Shown here one piece after another: positions 19,938-29,537 of a stretch of 64,000 nucleotides of DNA. The DNA lies in the IMG/VR virus record IMGVR_UViG_3300027708_002747, positions 20,682 to 84,681 of that record; one strand, given 5' to 3'. Within the stretch, counting starts at the first letter, position 1. Each line of letters opens with the position of its first letter. Made by a program: the position numbers and the translations under genes. Source of the stretch: a virus. Under the pieces are notes generated by a model that saw only the letters and a program-made list of their open reading frames with translations, searched no databases and was not told where the DNA came from.

Positions 19938-20665
19938 CCTAAAGATTTTCTAATCAAAGATATTAAGACCGATTCGTTGGTCTTTTTCTTTTTAGGTTTG
20001 TATGATGTCATCACAGGTTTTTGACCTTTACCCGTTTGAGTATCTTTTTTCTCAGCCTTTCTTTTTTGTTGACAAGCCGCCTTCTTTTGAGAATCTGACA
20101 TTTTAGACGCTACACCTACCGCCCTACATTTAGGATAACCCTTTGTATCACCTTCAGGTCTCCCACATGGTGGATGTTTACCATCTTTTTTACTACAGAT
20201 ATTAACCCACGGACCTTTAGGTTGTTTACTACCTTTTGGTTTTTTCTTAGTCCCAAACCAAACACCTAAATCTTCATTAACAATTTCTTTTTTAATTTGA
20301 TTTTTACCTAAAACTTTTTTAAGTAATTTTTTGTTAAGAGGGTTGTCATTTAAATCACTTCCGTCATCGTCATTAAGAACAGGATGTTTTTTATCGTAAT
20401 TTGAAAACTTTTTAGCAACTTTTTCTTTGGTTTTAATATTTTTAGTATCAATATTACCGTCCAATGCGTCAACATATAATTGAGCGTTATCAAATTTTTC
20501 TAACGGAACAGTAAAAGGTTCTAAAGTATTTTTATCCCATAACTTTAAACCAGGACTTAAAGGACCCCTATAAGTTCCTGAACCTGATGTTACAGTTGCC
20601 TCGTTAACCATTTCCTCGTACTCTAATAATTTTTGGAATATCTCCAAAATATTTTTACTTTCCAT
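19934..20665 (-). CDS. basic Cys-containing hypothetical protein
   Basis: 'DLGVWFG...WVNIC...PCGR...YPKCR' module; several (V/T)NE sites. Confidence 0.6.
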   Translation of the reverse strand: MESKNILEIFQKLLEYEEMVNEATVTSGSGTYRGPLSPGLKLWDKNTLEPFTVPLEKFDNAQLYVDALDGNIDTKNIKTKEKVAKKFSNYDKKHPVLNDDDGSDLNDNPLNKKLLKKVLGKNQIKKEIVNEDLGVWFGTKKKPKGSKQPKGPWVNICSKKDGKHPPCGRPEGDTKGYPKCRAVGVASKMSDSQKKAACQQKRKAEKKDTQTGKGQKPVMTSYKPKKKKTNESVLISLIRKSLG

Positions 20666-20708
20666 ATTAAAAAAAAAGAATTATATTTTAATATAAATAT
20701 CTAATAAA

Positions 20709-20966
20709 ATGGAACAAAACAATTCTGAAGAATTAAAAAAAGAAATTATTGAGAAATTTGAGAATCTTAGTCCTATTGGTAATTTATTTGATGTAATCAA
20801 TTATAGTTCTTATGAAAATTTAGATAAATTCATAGTTAATATGAGTGAAGAACAGGCTCTTTATTGTATAATTGAAGCAGTTAAATGTTCTTACAGACGA
20901 GGTGTATTTACTCTTGAAGAAAGTGAGGCGATATCCAAATCTTTGAGGATTATTTCATCTAAATAA
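20709..20966 (+). CDS. hypothetical protein
   Basis: 85-aa ORF followed by a terminator. Confidence 0.6.
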   Translation: MEQNNSEELKKEIIEKFENLSPIGNLFDVINYSSYENLDKFIVNMSEEQALYCIIEAVKCSYRRGVFTLEESEAISKSLRIISSK

Positions 20967-20995
20967 AAAAAGGTCAGATTTCTCTGACTTTTTTT
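20965..20995. terminator. bidirectional intrinsic terminator
   Basis: A7-GGTCAGA-tttc-TCTGAC-T7 between convergent genes. Confidence 0.8.
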
Positions 20996-20996
20996 A

Positions 20997-21674
20997 TTAT
21001 ATTTTATTTGATTTACGAATATTTTCATCCCCCCATAACGGTTGTAAGTTTTTTAACGACCAACATTCCATAAATGACTCATCTCCAATTTCTTGTATAT
21101 TAAATGAAGAAATTGGACGTATGTGGTCAACATGCCATATACCGTAATTGTCCCACGACATTTCACCTATAAATTTTTTTTCTAAATGAGTTATTAACTC
21201 ATCAGGTGAATATTTTAAAATTTCAAAATAATGTCCATTTTTTTGTACATTACTTTCTTTCAAAACCTGATATATCGCAGTACGGAAATTATTGATTAGT
21301 TTGTAGATGGGGTCATTATGTTTACGATTTTTTTCGTAATTACGTTTATTTTCTCTATGTTTATCTATATTTTTTTCTCTCCACTCTTTATGATATTCAT
21401 TAAGATGTTCTCTGTTTTTTTCAGACCAAGTTTTGTGTTTTTGTGAAAGATATTCTTTATTACTATCTCTCCATTTTTTATCGGCAATTTTTCTACCACC
21501 AATAAACCTTCTACCTGAAGGGCCTAATTTTACACCATTTTCTTTTAATATTCTTAAAATTGTTGGTTTACTTATACCTGTTTTTTCAGAAATAGTTTGT
21601 GAACCTAGAAGTTCTTCATTATACATTTTTAATATATCAGATAATTCTTTATCATTAGGGTTATACTTTTTCAT
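20997..21674 (-). CDS. free-standing HNH homing endonuclease-like protein with an N-terminal HTH
   Basis: 'WHVDHIRP...CWSLKNLQPLW..ENIRKSNK'; HTH 'SQTISEKTGISKPTILRILK'. Confidence 0.75.
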   Translation of the reverse strand: MKKYNPNDKELSDILKMYNEELLGSQTISEKTGISKPTILRILKENGVKLGPSGRRFIGGRKIADKKWRDSNKEYLSQKHKTWSEKNREHLNEYHKEWREKNIDKHRENKRNYEKNRKHNDPIYKLINNFRTAIYQVLKESNVQKNGHYFEILKYSPDELITHLEKKFIGEMSWDNYGIWHVDHIRPISSFNIQEIGDESFMECWSLKNLQPLWGDENIRKSNKI

Positions 21675-21729
21675 ATATTATAAATATAATATATTTTACC
21701 AAAAAAACAATTATTTAATGTTGTAAAAT

Positions 21730-21760
21730 AAAAAAAGGGACAATTTCTTGTCCCTTTTTT
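21730..21760 (-). terminator. intrinsic terminator downstream of the major capsid gene
   Basis: A7-GGGACAA-tttc-TTGTCCC-T6. Confidence 0.8.
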
Positions 21761-21779
21761 ATTATCAATTAAGATAAGA

Positions 21780-23654
21780 TTATCTTAATTCATTCAAATC
21801 GAATGTACGAACACCATCAACGATAATACGGCCATAGAAGCGATTGTTCACCATCTTTTTCGCGTATCTCGTCATAATACCCTTAATAGGAGTAAAGTTG
21901 AATGGGTTATACATTGTTGGAGTTAATTGTAACGGTACGTATGGAGCGTAGATATATCCAGTGTCCAATAAAGAAGTACCTTTATGACCAATCAACACAG
22001 TGTTAGCTGGGAAGTATGGGTCACGGTATACTTGATAACGACCACTTAATGTACCAACTCTCTCGATACCCATGTTGAATTGGTCCTGCTCAGGAGCCGC
22101 ATTTGATACGTGGAAGTATTCCAAGTCATCAAAGATAGCACTGATTTCAGAAGATACAACAATCCAGTTTGCTCCACCTCTTAAAGTAGATTTGTGGATT
22201 TGAGCTGAAATTTGGTTGATTGCAGTAATCAACGTTTGGTTCCAGTCCTTTTGAGTGTAAGGAGTTGATTGGTTGTTCAGACGCTTCCATCCGTTGTAAT
22301 CCCAACGTAATGTCCAAGCCGCACCTTTACGTAAGTCACGTAAGATTTCACGGTCAATTTCAGCTGCAACTTGTTCAGATAATAAAGCTGTTAATTCAGC
22401 TTCAGCATCGATGTTGTGGAATGCCGCAACGTCTTGAGCAAGTTCTGGAGACCATTGTGCTCTTAATTTTCTTTCTGTAACAGATACAGTTACTGACTCA
22501 AGGTCAAAAGAAACTTCACCAATTTTGTCTTCAAATTCTAACTCTTCGTAACGTCTCCAAGCTGCTTTGATGTTAGTTAAAGAAGTAGCTCCGCTCCATT
22601 GAGATGCGGTTAATGTCGCTCCAGAATATCCATCAGGAGTTGTTTGACCACATGATATACATGCAGGAACTTGAGTATCAATTTCTAAATAGATAAATCC
22701 TGTAGTACTACAAATGTTATCATAATAACCACCATTACCACCCGATGTTGTAGTGTTAAATCCAGCTTGAGTACGTGTGTAGTTTGGACCTACAATACCT
22801 TGACCATATTTTTGAGTAACAACACGGAATAAAAGTGGTGTAAATGTTGCAGTATTTAAGTTAGAAGCTGCCGTTGAGTTATCAGTATAAAGAATTAAGT
22901 TAGCTAAAAACTCATCAGTATCTTGTTCTTGACCGTTTGGTCCGATTAACTTACCAACACCAGCATTTGAGAAACCTGATAATGCAACGATGATTTTTCT
23001 AAATTCAGCGTTAGAACCACCTACAGTGTAAGCTGAATATACAAGAGCTCCACTAGACCAAGCAACTGTTGGAGTCGCAGATGTAATTGTAAGGAAACGA
23101 CCTTTAGAGTAATCGAACAAACCTGCTGGGTTAAGACCTGGCTCAGTTCCTTCGTAGAACATATCATAAAGGTTCTTAGGTGCTGTACCAAATGGTTGAC
23201 CTGTTCCTGTATCATATCCTGAAAGAGGATTTCCAGGATAGTTACCAGGAGAACCTACTGGCGCGTAGTGGTCACCTGATGTAACACCAAGAGTGTCAAC
23301 TGCAGAACCACCTGAATAACCTTGAATCTTAGGTATGAAGTAGAACAATTTACCAATTGGTAAGTTCATAGCTTGTACCGATACAATCTCGTTAGACAAT
23401 AATTTAGAGAACACACGTCTGATGATAGGAAATACCACAGTTTCGAATGAACCTGAATCAGCTGATGATGCAGCTTCGTTAATTAAATGTGACGCTTGGT
23501 TTTCATACAATTGTGCAACATTTTCTTTTAGGTGGCCTCTAAGACCTTCTAGGAACCCTAATTTGTCCCATTTGTTTATAGTGTCTTCTTTGATAACTTT
23601 CAAGTGTTTAAGACCGATGTTACCTACTAATCCACTTTCTAATAATGCTCCCAT
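21780..23654 (-). CDS. gp23: major capsid protein (T4 gp23-like)
   Basis: 'IVSVQAMNLPIGKLFY', 'RKLRAQWSPELAQDVAAFHNIDAEAELTALLSEQVAAEIDREIL', 'YAPYVPL', 'P.KGIMTRY'. Confidence 0.95.
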   Translation of the reverse strand: MGALLESGLVGNIGLKHLKVIKEDTINKWDKLGFLEGLRGHLKENVAQLYENQASHLINEAASSADSGSFETVVFPIIRRVFSKLLSNEIVSVQAMNLPIGKLFYFIPKIQGYSGGSAVDTLGVTSGDHYAPVGSPGNYPGNPLSGYDTGTGQPFGTAPKNLYDMFYEGTEPGLNPAGLFDYSKGRFLTITSATPTVAWSSGALVYSAYTVGGSNAEFRKIIVALSGFSNAGVGKLIGPNGQEQDTDEFLANLILYTDNSTAASNLNTATFTPLLFRVVTQKYGQGIVGPNYTRTQAGFNTTTSGGNGGYYDNICSTTGFIYLEIDTQVPACISCGQTTPDGYSGATLTASQWSGATSLTNIKAAWRRYEELEFEDKIGEVSFDLESVTVSVTERKLRAQWSPELAQDVAAFHNIDAEAELTALLSEQVAAEIDREILRDLRKGAAWTLRWDYNGWKRLNNQSTPYTQKDWNQTLITAINQISAQIHKSTLRGGANWIVVSSEISAIFDDLEYFHVSNAAPEQDQFNMGIERVGTLSGRYQVYRDPYFPANTVLIGHKGTSLLDTGYIYAPYVPLQLTPTMYNPFNFTPIKGIMTRYAKKMVNNRFYGRIIVDGVRTFDLNELR

Positions 23655-23682
23655 TTATTTTATAGGTTTTTTATTTTTAAGT

Positions 23683-25086
23683 TTATTTTATTATTTTTGA
23701 CATAATGTCTTTCATTCTCAAGAATTGAGGGTTCTCGTAAGTTTTAGATTCAATTAGATTAACTGCTGAACCTGACTGTGGAGATTTATCAATTACTTTT
23801 TCGATTGACTCAGTCATGAACTTTTTGGATTCTCCTCCAAGTTCTTCTTTTATTGTTCTATATAAAGCTTTAGATTCTTTAAGACTTTCTGCAGAATCAA
23901 ATCTTCTTAAAACGTTAATTTTTTCTTGCTTTGATGTAGAATGTTCAGTGAACAATCTTGTAGCATATGCTAAATTTGAATTAAATACAGCAACTTCGTT
24001 AAGTTTATCTCTAAACATATTTAGAGCTTTTCTGTATTCTTCATTTTTAACTTTTAACATTTCAAGTTCTTCAACCATAGATTCAGTGTAAAGACGTGCT
24101 TGTTTTTGTCCAGCCTGAGCTCCTTTTTTAAGTGCTCCTTCTCTCCATCCCATACCATAAGTACGAGCAGCTTCTTTAGCTTCTTCCTTAGATAATTTTG
24201 GAGTTCTTGACGGCATTTCAAAACTCTCACTTTCTTTAAATTCAAACTTAGGTTTACCTGTTCCCATAGTTGGGTTAGCACGCTTCTCAATTTTACTAAA
24301 CCCCCCTTTAGTTAAAGGAGTATTCTTATGCCATCCGTATTGTTTAGCGTCACCACCAATTTTAGCATTTTTACCAATTTTTGGTTTCATTGATGCTTTT
24401 CCTTTAGTAGTTTCTTCTTTAAACCCTTTTGAAAGTCCAACTAATTGTGCAGATTCTGTCATGTATTCTTCATCTTCTTCAGCTTCCTCATCCATTTCAA
24501 TTTCGTAAACGACTTCTTCATTTTCTTCTTCTTCTTCTTCATTAAAGTCACCCATTTCATACTCTTCCTCTTCAGATTCAGTTTGAATAAGATATTCATC
24601 TTCTTCATCTTTCAAATGAATAAAATCACCATCTTTCTTAATTTCGAAAGTGTCGGTAGGTTTCATTTCTTTAAAAGCTTTTAAAACTGTGTCCATTGAC
24701 TCGTCAGATAAATCTTGGATTCCCATAGAATCGAAGTCATCGTCACCACTCATATCAGATAAATTTGACATGTCAAACATTTCATCAGAATCTTCTTCAT
24801 CTTCAGTTTCAAATTCGTCTTCTTCCTCTTCAGATTCGTCTTCTTCAGACTCGTCTTCTAATTCAAATTCGTCTTCTTCTTCCTCAGAATCATCTTCAGA
24901 TTCCATTTCGTCTTCAACTTCAAATTCATCTTCTTCTTCAGCCTCATTTTTCATAGACTCTTTTACTAATTCGCTAATTTCTTCTTTCATTGTAGAATGA
25001 AGTATTTCTTTTGCATTTTCATTGATTGCTTCTTCCAAATTTTGTATTTGGATTAATGCTTCTTCAACTAAGTTTTTTTCTGCCAT
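23683..25086 (-). CDS. prohead core/scaffolding protein
   Basis: Highly acidic, coiled-coil, many L/I/M-x-E sites; lies between the protease and capsid genes. Confidence 0.7.
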   Translation of the reverse strand: MAEKNLVEEALIQIQNLEEAINENAKEILHSTMKEEISELVKESMKNEAEEEDEFEVEDEMESEDDSEEEEDEFELEDESEEDESEEEEDEFETEDEEDSDEMFDMSNLSDMSGDDDFDSMGIQDLSDESMDTVLKAFKEMKPTDTFEIKKDGDFIHLKDEEDEYLIQTESEEEEYEMGDFNEEEEEENEEVVYEIEMDEEAEEDEEYMTESAQLVGLSKGFKEETTKGKASMKPKIGKNAKIGGDAKQYGWHKNTPLTKGGFSKIEKRANPTMGTGKPKFEFKESESFEMPSRTPKLSKEEAKEAARTYGMGWREGALKKGAQAGQKQARLYTESMVEELEMLKVKNEEYRKALNMFRDKLNEVAVFNSNLAYATRLFTEHSTSKQEKINVLRRFDSAESLKESKALYRTIKEELGGESKKFMTESIEKVIDKSPQSGSAVNLIESKTYENPQFLRMKDIMSKIIK

Positions 25087-25154
25087 TTGTGCGTTATTTT
25101 ATTAAATAAATATATAGATGTTTAGAAAAATTAATTTTTTTTAGTATATAAATG

Positions 25155-25179
25155 AAAAAAGGGACTTTCGTCCCCTTTT
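25155..25179 (-). terminator. intrinsic terminator
   Basis: A6-GGGAC-tttc-GTCCC-ctttt. Confidence 0.7.
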
Positions 25180-25201
25180 AAATTCTTTTTTAACTTTGTG
25201 A

Positions 25202-25417
25202 TTACTCAAACACTTCGTCAATTTTACTCTCACTTACTGAAGTAATTCTCCAATCATAACTAAATGATTTGTAAGCTTCAGTAACTTTAGCTTCGACATC
25301 AGTAACAGAATAACCTCTTACAAGTTTTTCTTCTCTTACTTTTTTAATTTTTCCTGTGTTTTCATCTGGTAAATCGTATTGGATTTTAGCCACAAAGTAT
25401 TTTTCGTCCATTTCCAT
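25202..25417 (-). CDS. DUF4494-like protein
   Basis: 'YFVAKIQY...GKIKKVREEKLVRGYSVTDVEAKV' resembles the Bacteroidota DUF4494 N-terminus. Confidence 0.6.
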   Translation of the reverse strand: MEMDEKYFVAKIQYDLPDENTGKIKKVREEKLVRGYSVTDVEAKVTEAYKSFSYDWRITSVSESKIDEVFE

Positions 25418-25423
25418 AATTAT

Positions 25424-26143
25424 TTATTTTCCTAAATAATCGGTAAGTCTTCCCATTAAATCAAGCGATTTGTTAACTGTTCTAGAAGCTTTTAGTTCAT
25501 TTTCTTCTTGAAGGTTCTCTTCAAACGCAAATCGACCATCAGGTTCAGTAAATAAATAAGCTCCTGGTGTTGATGGTGAGGATACCAAGTCAAAACAAAT
25601 TAATTCAAAATCGTCTTGTACTTCGTTTTGGTCACCAACTTTTTTAAGCGAACCTACCCCTCTTGATGATATACCTAACGTTACACCCAATCTTAATAGG
25701 TTTGCCGCTTGGTCACCCTTTGTTGATACGATACCTCTTTCATGGAACCCTGGAGAAGTCAAAAGTAATAGTTTACCCAATAGAACATTACCATCCCACC
25801 ACATCTCTGTAATCATGTGTGATACTCTATCTAAATCTATCAATGAAGACTCAGGGTGATTGAGTTCAGATAAAGAGGTTTTTTTACCTATATAATTTTT
25901 TATATAATTTTCAGACTCTCTCTTTAAAATTCTTTCAGGATATGTTCTACCGTTTCTATTTGGTGTATTGTATTTTTGTAGAACGGCGTAGAATTCAAAT
26001 GGTTTTGAATAATCTTTAAAATCCTTACTTTCTTGCAAGAAGGTTTGATTATTTTTTTCTGTTGGGGAAACATATCCAGCATCCATCTCAATTAAAATAC
26101 CTTTTCCTGTTTCTCTTGGACCTAATATTTTGTAATTTTGCAT
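25424..26143 (-). CDS. gp21: prohead protease (T4 gp21-like)
   Basis: 'NRNGRTYP', 'SELNHP', 'DRVSH', 'GISSRGVGSL', 'FDLVSSPSTPGAY'. Confidence 0.92.
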   Translation of the reverse strand: MQNYKILGPRETGKGILIEMDAGYVSPTEKNNQTFLQESKDFKDYSKPFEFYAVLQKYNTPNRNGRTYPERILKRESENYIKNYIGKKTSLSELNHPESSLIDLDRVSHMITEMWWDGNVLLGKLLLLTSPGFHERGIVSTKGDQAANLLRLGVTLGISSRGVGSLKKVGDQNEVQDDFELICFDLVSSPSTPGAYLFTEPDGRFAFEENLQEENELKASRTVNKSLDLMGRLTDYLGK

Positions 26144-26165
26144 TTTATCTTTTTATAGATAAATA

Positions 26166-26630
26166 TTAAATACTTTCTATTTTATCGATTGTTTTTGTTT
26201 TACTAGATTTTGTAAGGTAAAATTTAAAATAATTTGATTTTTTAAACGATTCTGTTTCAATATAATTTATAATATTTTTAATAGAATTTTTTAACTCAGT
26301 AGATTTAAAATCGACATCTTTTTTCAAAAAGAATGTTACCTCTAAATTCATGAAAGACCTTTTTTTAACTGATATCCCACTTGTTCTCAAATCTAAATCA
26401 ACTATAAATTTTTCATTTAATAATTCATTGTCGATAATTTCTATTAAATTTGTTTTAATATTTTTATTAAAAACTGATACAATTCTATTCCAACTTTCTT
26501 CGTGTGTTTTTGGTTTGACCCAAGATTGGATATTTAAATAAATTGATTTTAAATTTTTCGAGTCAACCGTACCATATGAACATTTTATTTGTTTATATCC
26601 TCTAACCACACAACTTTTTCCTTTTTTCAT
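26166..26630 (-). CDS. hypothetical protein
   Basis: 154-aa ORF in the head module. Confidence 0.6.
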   Translation of the reverse strand: MKKGKSCVVRGYKQIKCSYGTVDSKNLKSIYLNIQSWVKPKTHEESWNRIVSVFNKNIKTNLIEIIDNELLNEKFIVDLDLRTSGISVKKRSFMNLEVTFFLKKDVDFKSTELKNSIKNIINYIETESFKKSNYFKFYLTKSSKTKTIDKIESI

Positions 26631-26698
26631 TTACAAGTTTTCCATATCTTCGTTTATTTATGTAAGTAATAATAATCAACAAAAACCGAGTTGTCAAA

Positions 26699-26884
26699 AT
26701 GTTAATAATTCCCGTTAAAAATAATGATTTAGAAAAATCTTTAAAAAATTTTAAATCAAAAGTTTTAAAAACTAAAATGATTGTAGAGTTGCAAAACAGA
26801 AAAAACTACAAAAAAAAATCTGACATAAAACGTCAGATTTTAAACGATGCTATTTATAAAAATTCAAAAAATAATGAATTATAA
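26699..26884 (+). CDS. rpsU: phage-encoded 30S ribosomal protein bS21
   Basis: 'MLIIPVKNNDLEKSLKNFKSK...ELQNRKNYKKKSDIKR...AIY' fits the bS21 pattern, with a Bacteroidia-type MLIIP start. Confidence 0.85.
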   Translation: MLIIPVKNNDLEKSLKNFKSKVLKTKMIVELQNRKNYKKKSDIKRQILNDAIYKNSKNNEL

Positions 26885-27589
26885 ATTTTGAGTTAAATTC
26901 ATCAATTTAATATATTCTTTTTTAGAATGTTTTACATTTGTAAGTCTTTCTTTTGTTTCTAATAAAACTTTTGATAATTCTTCATCTGATTCAGAGATAA
27001 GAGTATCAATTTTTTGAATTGCAGTTTCTTTTAATTCAGTAAATTTTGTTTTTAAGTTTTCATCATTTGACGTTAAAACTTCTTTTACAGAATTTCTTTC
27101 AGACTCAGTTAAGTTTTCTAAATATTTTTCAGCAGTCTTATTAGCAACTTTCAACATTGAGCTAATTGGGACATTTGAAGATTTGTTTTCTTTAATTATT
27201 GGTTTTTTACCTAAAGACTCAACAATTGATTTTTTAGCAATTGATTTCTTTTCAGGTTTTAGTAAATCGCCATAAAATAGTTCATCAATTGTTTTGTATT
27301 TGTTTTCAAGTACAATATCTTTAGTCCAACTTTTGACAAAACTTACTGTATTCTCAGATAATTTAATTTGTCTAAATTCATTAGATAAATCATCAACCAA
27401 ATAAGTTGCAGTTTCTTTATCTAATTCTTTATTTTCTTTTAAATTATCATATATCGACATTAATTTACAAAAATCACTATTTTTAAGTAATTTTCTTTCA
27501 AAAAGTCTCATATCAGTTTTAAGAGTTCCTTTAACAAAGGAATCAATTAATTTATTTTCTACTAATGTTTTTATTAATCCGAATCTCAT
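26879..27589 (-). CDS. hypothetical head-module protein
   Basis: 236 aa, downstream of the portal gene; several LxE sites. Confidence 0.6.
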   Translation of the reverse strand: MRFGLIKTLVENKLIDSFVKGTLKTDMRLFERKLLKNSDFCKLMSIYDNLKENKELDKETATYLVDDLSNEFRQIKLSENTVSFVKSWTKDIVLENKYKTIDELFYGDLLKPEKKSIAKKSIVESLGKKPIIKENKSSNVPISSMLKVANKTAEKYLENLTESERNSVKEVLTSNDENLKTKFTELKETAIQKIDTLISESDEELSKVLLETKERLTNVKHSKKEYIKLMNLTQNL

Positions 27590-27612
27590 ATCTATATTTT
27601 TTTATATAAATA

Positions 27613-29466
27613 TCAACCTTTAAGTAGTTTATCCAGTTGATTACCCATTTCTCCTAAGGATTCTTGTACTCGACTTAAATCAATAATGTCATCTTCATTC
27701 AACATACCCGAATTTTCTAAAATAATATTTAAATTTTCTTTGTTTCTTTCATTGTTTTCAGGTACTGTACCACCTTCAGCTGTTGGTGGTGATGGTGATG
27801 ACGGTGGTGCCGGTGATTCTCCTCCCATATCTCCCATTCCTCCTAAATCAGGTGGTGCTCCTAATCCACCTCCTGTATCAGTAGACCCTCCTTCAGTAGG
27901 TGTTCCTGCCGGTTCCCCTTCTTTCTTACCATATAACTTATCTAAGTTATCGAATATACCTGTATGAGTAATTACTTCAGCAGTTTTCTTAAGTTCTTCA
28001 CCTACAGCTCTTTCAATACGTTGTTGTTGTAAATCAAGTTTAATCTCATCATCAGAAAATCCAAGAATATGTTTTTTCGCCCATGACATAGATACTGCAG
28101 CAACACCACTACCTGGGTCAGCAACCATATCTTTATACAATAGAATTTTTTCTTTCCAAACATCTATCTTCATCAAATCAGCTTGAGTTGATGGATTTGT
28201 TAAACTTAAGTTAAAGTTTGATATCTCATCTTCAAAACCTAAAATGAATAAATGTATGATTGCAATTTTATTTAATTCAGAAATCATATTCTTTTGAATA
28301 CGATTGATAGTACGAGCAAAACGAATATCTTGTAATGATAAGTTCTTACCGTCACCAACAGTTTCTTCAAACCCTAAAAACGCTTTAGGAACACGAAGAG
28401 CTGTTAACAATTTCTTTTGGATATACTCGATGTCGGCAATCTCAGATAAGTTTTGAGCTCCCGGTAATGTCTCTATCGGTGACGCTTGTGCAGTATCTCT
28501 AACAGGAACAAAATAATCTTGGTCAACTGCCATTTGATTAAATCTCATATCGACATTACCTGTCTTATGGTCAACCGTTTGACTTCTCTTAAACTTGTTT
28601 GCAAATCTTTGGATATATGGTTCAACATCTGCGTCATCCATGTTTCCAACGAATACTTTGAATACACGTCTTTCAGGCGCTCTTGATGTTCTATAAATCA
28701 ACATAGCGTCTTCAGATAACAATAATTGTTTCCAAATACGACGTGCTTTTTCTAACATAGAAGTTCCATAAGGTAATCTTCTATCATCACCCAATAATCT
28801 AAAGTGAGCGACTTCCCATGTGTTAAACTCTAAATCTTTTTGTTTCCATTTGAACTTCAAATGTTTTTTTTCAGGATTGGTTGTTGAATCTGTTGAGTGA
28901 GCTCCCATACCCGCTTCCAATCTTTCAATCTCAATGATTGGTAATTGCATACATCCTATAATACCTTTTTCAGGGTCTAATTTAAGATACACAAAATTAT
29001 CACCATACTTACATGTGTTTCTTGTCCACATAGGTAAGTTAGTATTAATATCCAAAGCGTTATTAAATAAATCACCTAAAATTGATTTAATTCTTGATGA
29101 CTCAGAATAGATTTGCAACATATAACCATCCTGATTAATTGTTGTTGACTCTTCGGCATAAATGTCTAAAGCCGCACCAATTTCAGGAGTAAATTCCATT
29201 GACTCGTAGTCATAAAAAGACGATAAACGAGTTGGTTCATAAAAAACCGCTTGTGTGTATAGATTATTTTCAACCCTACCCCATTGGTTCGCTAAATAAT
29301 AAGTTTGTTGGGCTTGAAGTTTTTCTCTGTCGAATTCTGACTTGGAAGTTGTTTTTAATAACTCACTTTTATCATATTTGTACGTAGGGTAATCCTGGCC
29401 CAATAAAGAATTAGGCCCAAATGTCTGGGATAACCTCTGCCATACCGTTAGTTTATTTTCACTCAT
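27613..29466 (-). CDS. gp20: portal protein (T4 gp20-like)
   Basis: 'PEIGAALDIYAEE', 'LPYGTSMLEKAR', 'EDAMLIYRTSRAPERRVFKVFVGNM', 'IETLPGAQNL', 'ALRVPK'. Confidence 0.95.
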   Translation of the reverse strand: MSENKLTVWQRLSQTFGPNSLLGQDYPTYKYDKSELLKTTSKSEFDREKLQAQQTYYLANQWGRVENNLYTQAVFYEPTRLSSFYDYESMEFTPEIGAALDIYAEESTTINQDGYMLQIYSESSRIKSILGDLFNNALDINTNLPMWTRNTCKYGDNFVYLKLDPEKGIIGCMQLPIIEIERLEAGMGAHSTDSTTNPEKKHLKFKWKQKDLEFNTWEVAHFRLLGDDRRLPYGTSMLEKARRIWKQLLLSEDAMLIYRTSRAPERRVFKVFVGNMDDADVEPYIQRFANKFKRSQTVDHKTGNVDMRFNQMAVDQDYFVPVRDTAQASPIETLPGAQNLSEIADIEYIQKKLLTALRVPKAFLGFEETVGDGKNLSLQDIRFARTINRIQKNMISELNKIAIIHLFILGFEDEISNFNLSLTNPSTQADLMKIDVWKEKILLYKDMVADPGSGVAAVSMSWAKKHILGFSDDEIKLDLQQQRIERAVGEELKKTAEVITHTGIFDNLDKLYGKKEGEPAGTPTEGGSTDTGGGLGAPPDLGGMGDMGGESPAPPSSPSPPTAEGGTVPENNERNKENLNIILENSGMLNEDDIIDLSRVQESLGEMGNQLDKLLKG

Positions 29467-29537
29467 ACTAAAATATAAATACTTTTAAATTAAATTAAAG
29501 TTTAATCAAAAATATGATACATAGGTTATAGTGGTTT

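Noticed and set aside
24445-25000. Antisense ORFs rich in Ser/Phe (also 27686+, 32652+, 30480+ and similar short ORFs)
   Set aside because: They are shadows of acidic or low-complexity genes on the opposite strand, with no start context or motifs.
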